From an uncultured Actinomycetota bacterium (GTDB taxonomy: Bacteria; Actinomycetota; Actinomycetes; Mycobacteriales; QHCD01): a DNA stretch of 64,000 bases. The notes under the pieces are model-generated. The model was given only the letters and a program-made list of their open reading frames with translations. It did not search any database and was not told the origin of the DNA. Shown piece after piece: positions 60,635-64,000 of this stretch. Made by a program: the position numbers and the translations under genes. Location: positions 152,204-216,203 of the forward strand of contig CAWHER010000001.1 in assembly GCA_963828605.1 (NCBI GenBank). The letters run 5' to 3'. Within the stretch, counting starts at the first letter, position 1, and every line of letters begins with the position of its first letter.

Positions 60635-62031
60635 TGGCCCATGTCGTCGTCGTCGGCGCCGGGATTGCCGGGCTCTCGGCCGCATACGCCATCGCGCAGG
60701 CGGATCCGGCCGTCGCCGTGACCGTGGTCGAGGGTGCCCGCCGGATCGGCGGCAAGCTGTCTTCGGGCGAGATCGGCGGGGTGGTCGTCGACGCCGGCGC
60801 CGAGGCGATCCTGGCCCGCGCCCCCGAGGGCCTCGACCTCGTCGGCGAGATCGGGCTCGGCGAACAGATCGTGCACCCGGCGACGGGCGCGGCGTCGCTC
60901 GCGGTGGACGGCCGGCTGCGACCGGTTCCCGGAGGGACCCTGATGGGCGTGCCGGCCGACGTCGACGCGGTCGCCGCCGCCGGGGTGCTCACCGACGCCG
61001 CCCTGCATGCCGTGGCCGCCGAGCCGGACCGCCCGGGGAAGCCGGTGGTCGACGACGTGTCCGTCGGCTCGATCGTGGGGTCGCGGCTGGGCCCGGAGGT
61101 CGTGGACCGGCTGGTCGACCCGTTGCTCGGCGGGGTCTACGCCGGGCGGGCCGCCGAACTCTCGCTGCAGGCCACCATCCCGGCCCTCGCGGACGCGCTG
61201 CGCACGCAGGGGTCCGTCGTCGCGGCGGCCCGTGCCGCGGTGGCCGCCGCGCCGCGCCGGACCGGCCCGGTCTTCGCCACCCTGGCGCGGGGCCTGGGCA
61301 CCCTCCCGCAGGCGGTGGCCGACGCCTCCGGGGCCCGGGTGCTGCTGGGGACGCCGGTACGGGCGATCCGGGCGTCCACCGGCGGGTTCCAGATCGAGGC
61401 CGGACCGGTGCCGGCGCCGACGCTGCTGGAGGCCGACGCGGTGATCGTCGCGGTCCCTGCGCACAAGGCGTCCGTGCTGCTCGGCGCGCTGACCCCGTGG
61501 GCCGCGCACGAGCTGGGTCGCATCGACTACGCCAGCACGGCGCTGGTCACCCTGGCCTACCCGCCGGTCGCGGGGACCTGGCCGGCCGGAAGCGGGATCC
61601 TGGTGGCTGCATCGGAGCAGCGCCCGGTCAAGGCACTCACCTTCAGCTCGCAGAAGTGGGCGCACCTGGCCGGCGGGCCGACGATCGTCCGGGCCTCGGT
61701 CGCCCGGCACGGCGAGGAGCGGCTGCTGCAGCGCTCCGACGAGGAACTCGCCGAACTCGTGGTCGACGATGTCGCGGGCCTGACCGGCGTACGCGCGCGG
61801 CCGATCGAGACGCGGGTCACCCGCTGGGGCGGGGCCCTCCCGCAGTACGCCGTCGGCCACCTGGACCGGGTGCGCCGGATCCGGGCCGAGGTCGACGCGA
61901 CGCCGGGGCTGGCGGTCTGCGGTGCGGCGTACGACGGGGTGGGGGTGCCGGCCTGCATCCGCACCGGGCGGCAGGCCGCCGCCCGGGTGCTCGCGCACCT
62001 CGCCGCCGAGCGACAATCAGAGCATGGTTGA
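60634..62031 (+). CDS. hemG: Protoporphyrinogen/coproporphyrinogen oxidase (HemY/CgoX)
   Basis: [29 protein letters not shown]...LPQY.VGH, G.G.PACI. Confidence 0.93.
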   Translation: MAHVVVVGAGIAGLSAAYAIAQADPAVAVTVVEGARRIGGKLSSGEIGGVVVDAGAEAILARAPEGLDLVGEIGLGEQIVHPATGAASLAVDGRLRPVPGGTLMGVPADVDAVAAAGVLTDAALHAVAAEPDRPGKPVVDDVSVGSIVGSRLGPEVVDRLVDPLLGGVYAGRAAELSLQATIPALADALRTQGSVVAAARAAVAAAPRRTGPVFATLARGLGTLPQAVADASGARVLLGTPVRAIRASTGGFQIEAGPVPAPTLLEADAVIVAVPAHKASVLLGALTPWAAHELGRIDYASTALVTLAYPPVAGTWPAGSGILVAASEQRPVKALTFSSQKWAHLAGGPTIVRASVARHGEERLLQRSDEELAELVVDDVAGLTGVRARPIETRVTRWGGALPQYAVGHLDRVRRIRAEVDATPGLAVCGAAYDGVGVPACIRTGRQAAARVLAHLAAERQSEHG

Positions 62032-62728
62032 CGGCAAGAAGGCGCGCGAGCTCAACGACCAGGTCCGCTACACGATGTGGTCGGTCTTCCGGGCGTGTAC
62101 CGACACCCGGCGGCTGGCCGACGACGACCGCCAGCAGGCCGCCGCCGAGGTCGGCGAATTGTTCGCGCAGATCGGCGCGAAGGACGTCGTGGTGCGGGGC
62201 ACCTACGACGTCTCCGGGCTGCGCGCCGACGCCGACTACCTGGTCTGGTGGCACGCGCCGCGGGCGGAGGATCTGCAGGAGTCCTACGCGCGGTTGCGCC
62301 GGACCCGGCTCGGGCGGGCCAGCGAACCGGTGTGGTCCGCGCTCGCCCTGCACCGCCCGGCGGAGTTCAACAAGAGCCACCTGCCGGCGTTCCTCGCCGG
62401 CGAGGAACCGAAGCGGTTCGTCTGCGTCTACCCGTTCGTGCGCTCCTACGAGTGGTACCTGCTGCCGGACCAGGAGCGGCGCTCGATGCTCGCCGAGCAC
62501 GGCGTGATGGCGCGGGAGTTCCCCGACGTGCGGGCCAACACCGTCGCGTCGTTCGCGCTCGGCGACTACGAGTGGGTGCTGGCCTTCGAGGCCGACGAGC
62601 TGCACCGGATCGTCGACCTGATGCGGCACCTGCGCGGCGCGGCCGCCCGCCGGCACACCCGCGAGGAGACGCCGTTCTTCACCGGCACCCGCAAGCCGCT
62701 GAGCGAGCTGCTCACGGCCCTGCCGTAG
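62024..62728 (+). CDS. hemQ: Coproheme decarboxylase (hydrogen peroxide-dependent heme synthase)
   Basis: [45 protein letters not shown]. Confidence 0.95.
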   Translation: MVDGKKARELNDQVRYTMWSVFRACTDTRRLADDDRQQAAAEVGELFAQIGAKDVVVRGTYDVSGLRADADYLVWWHAPRAEDLQESYARLRRTRLGRASEPVWSALALHRPAEFNKSHLPAFLAGEEPKRFVCVYPFVRSYEWYLLPDQERRSMLAEHGVMAREFPDVRANTVASFALGDYEWVLAFEADELHRIVDLMRHLRGAAARRHTREETPFFTGTRKPLSELLTALP

Positions 62729-62734
62729 GGCGGG

Positions 62735-62838
62735 CCGGCTCAGTCTCGACCGGGCCAGCCCCTCGGCCGGCTCAGCCCTGACCGGCTCAGCCCCTGACCG
62801 GCTCAGCCCCTGACCGGCTCAGCCCCTGACCGGCTCAG
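62735..62838. repeat. 15-17-bp tandem repeat (about 6.5 units) between convergent hemQ and msrB
   Basis: ccggctcagcccctga x3 perfect (62782-62829) plus degenerate flanking copies. Confidence 0.9.
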
Positions 62839-63236
62839 GCTTCGGCCGGCTCCAGCGTCAGGCTGACGGAGTTGATGCAGTAGCGGTCGCCCGTCGGCGT
62901 CTGCGGTGCGTCGTCGAAGACGTGCCCCAGGTGCGAGTCGCACGCGGCGCAGCGCACCTCGGTGCGGGCCATGCCGAGGCTGCGGTCCTGCACGAGGGTG
63001 ACCCGGTCCTCGGCCAGCGGCGAGAAGAAGGACGGCCACCCGCAGTGGGAGTCGAACTTCGTGTCACTGCGGAACAGCTCGGCGCCGCAGGCCCGGCACC
63101 GGTAGACGCCGACGGTCTTGGTGTCGACGTATTCACCGGTGAACGGGCGCTCGGTGTCGGCCTCCCGCAGGACGGCGTACTGCTCCGGAGTGAGCTGCGC
63201 GCGCCACTCCTCGTCGGTCTTCTGCACGGTTGCCAT
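62835..63236 (-). CDS. msrB: Peptide-methionine (R)-S-oxide reductase
   Basis: [42 protein letters not shown]. Confidence 0.96.
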   Translation of the reverse strand: MATVQKTDEEWRAQLTPEQYAVLREADTERPFTGEYVDTKTVGVYRCRACGAELFRSDTKFDSHCGWPSFFSPLAEDRVTLVQDRSLGMARTEVRCAACDSHLGHVFDDAPQTPTGDRYCINSVSLTLEPAEA

Positions 63237-63281
63237 GCCACCACGGTACGACGGCGCCCATCAGTGTCCCGAGGAAGAGGG

Positions 63282-63545
63282 TCAGTGTCCGAGCAGCAGG
63301 CTCAGCAGGGTGAACACACCCTCGACGACCGCGATCGCGAGTGGCAGCAGCAGAGCGACCACCAGTCCCTTGGCGACGAGCCGCCGCCAGCCGCGGGCCC
63401 GCGCCGCGCCGACCGCGAAGTCGCCGACCCCGGAGATGTAACCCTCGACGCTGTACGGCGACGGCCGTCGCTCCTGCCCCGGCTCGACGAAGCGCACGTA
63501 GGCCTCCGTCGCTGCCCGGGGCCGGTCCTCGCTCGCGGTACCCAT
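63282..63545 (-). CDS. Small hypothetical membrane protein
   Basis: PYSVEG.I.G.G.FA motif followed by a C-terminal TM helix; gggag RBS. Confidence 0.55.
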   Translation of the reverse strand: MGTASEDRPRAATEAYVRFVEPGQERRPSPYSVEGYISGVGDFAVGAARARGWRRLVAKGLVVALLLPLAIAVVEGVFTLLSLLLGH

Positions 63546-63708
63546 CGCTGCTCCCGTAGCGGTCACCCGCGGCGCGGCCTGCGCCCGCTCGCGGTGCCCA
63601 TCCGTCGAGTGTGACGCAGCCGGCCGTCCTGGACCAGCGACGCCGGAAATGCCGGACCGCGCCGCCTGATTTCGCCCGGGTTGGCGGGTGATCGCCTACC
63701 GTGGCGGC

Positions 63709-64000
63709 ATGCCAGCAGCAGCCGAGGAGATCGAGGTCGGGCCCCGGGTGGTCCGTGTCTCCCACCCGGACAAGCTCTACTTCCCGGAGCGCGGGATCAC
63801 CAAGCTCGACGTCGTCCGCTACTTCGTCGCCGTGGGTGACGGCATCCTCTCCGCCCTGCGGGACCGCCCGACGACCCTCGAGCGCTGGCCGGGCGGCGTC
63901 TTCGAGGGGGCGAAACTGTCCACCCGGCAGGACAACAAGGGCGACGCCTTCTTCCAGAAGCGCATCCCCAAGGGCGCGCCCGAGTGGGTGGAGACCGCGC
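63709..64000 (+). CDS. Stand-alone LigD-type primase-polymerase (PolDom / Prim-PolC-like), 3'-truncated by window edge
   Basis: Translated by hand: VRVSHPDKLYFPERGITKLDVVRYF...RPTTLERWPGG...FFQKR.P.GAP.W. Confidence 0.88.
   Translation, partial: MPAAAEEIEVGPRVVRVSHPDKLYFPERGITKLDVVRYFVAVGDGILSALRDRPTTLERWPGGVFEGAKLSTRQDNKGDAFFQKRIPKGAPEWVETA

Noticed and set aside
62735-62838. CRISPR array
   Set aside because: Units are 15-17 bp and directly adjacent with no unique spacers, and there are no cas genes. The same applies to the repeats at 9695 and 15943.

Overview
High-GC actinobacterial chromosome segment (Frankiales/Geodermatophilales-like or a related uncultured lineage; inferred). Most of it is the conserved core block nrdJ ... 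DUF4192-ideR-acuC-pat-sigB-dtd-DUF3099-YihY-sigA-ppgK-DUF4193-dut-DUF3710-trkA/trkA-APC-TRAM methylase-dxs ... fadB-fadA-rnd-response regulator-DUF3000-hemE-hemG-hemQ-msrB. Accessory inserts include regulator/enzyme pairs, a TPP-riboswitch thiamine salvage operon and an orphan Opp-type, probably sugar, ABC importer. Three genes (trkA, fadB, rnd) carry single-base indels that look like assembly errors. No rRNA, tRNA, IS element or CRISPR array was seen. The most interesting locus is 54974-58619. A 61-aa secreted peptide with a duplicated GSSWS motif is translationally coupled to a multi-TM membrane receptor that has no output domain and to a HisKA_3 kinase. The three genes sit divergent from a NarL-type response regulator, making this a candidate peptide-signalling (quorum-sensing-like) system. 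All family assignments come from motif recognition, not database searches.
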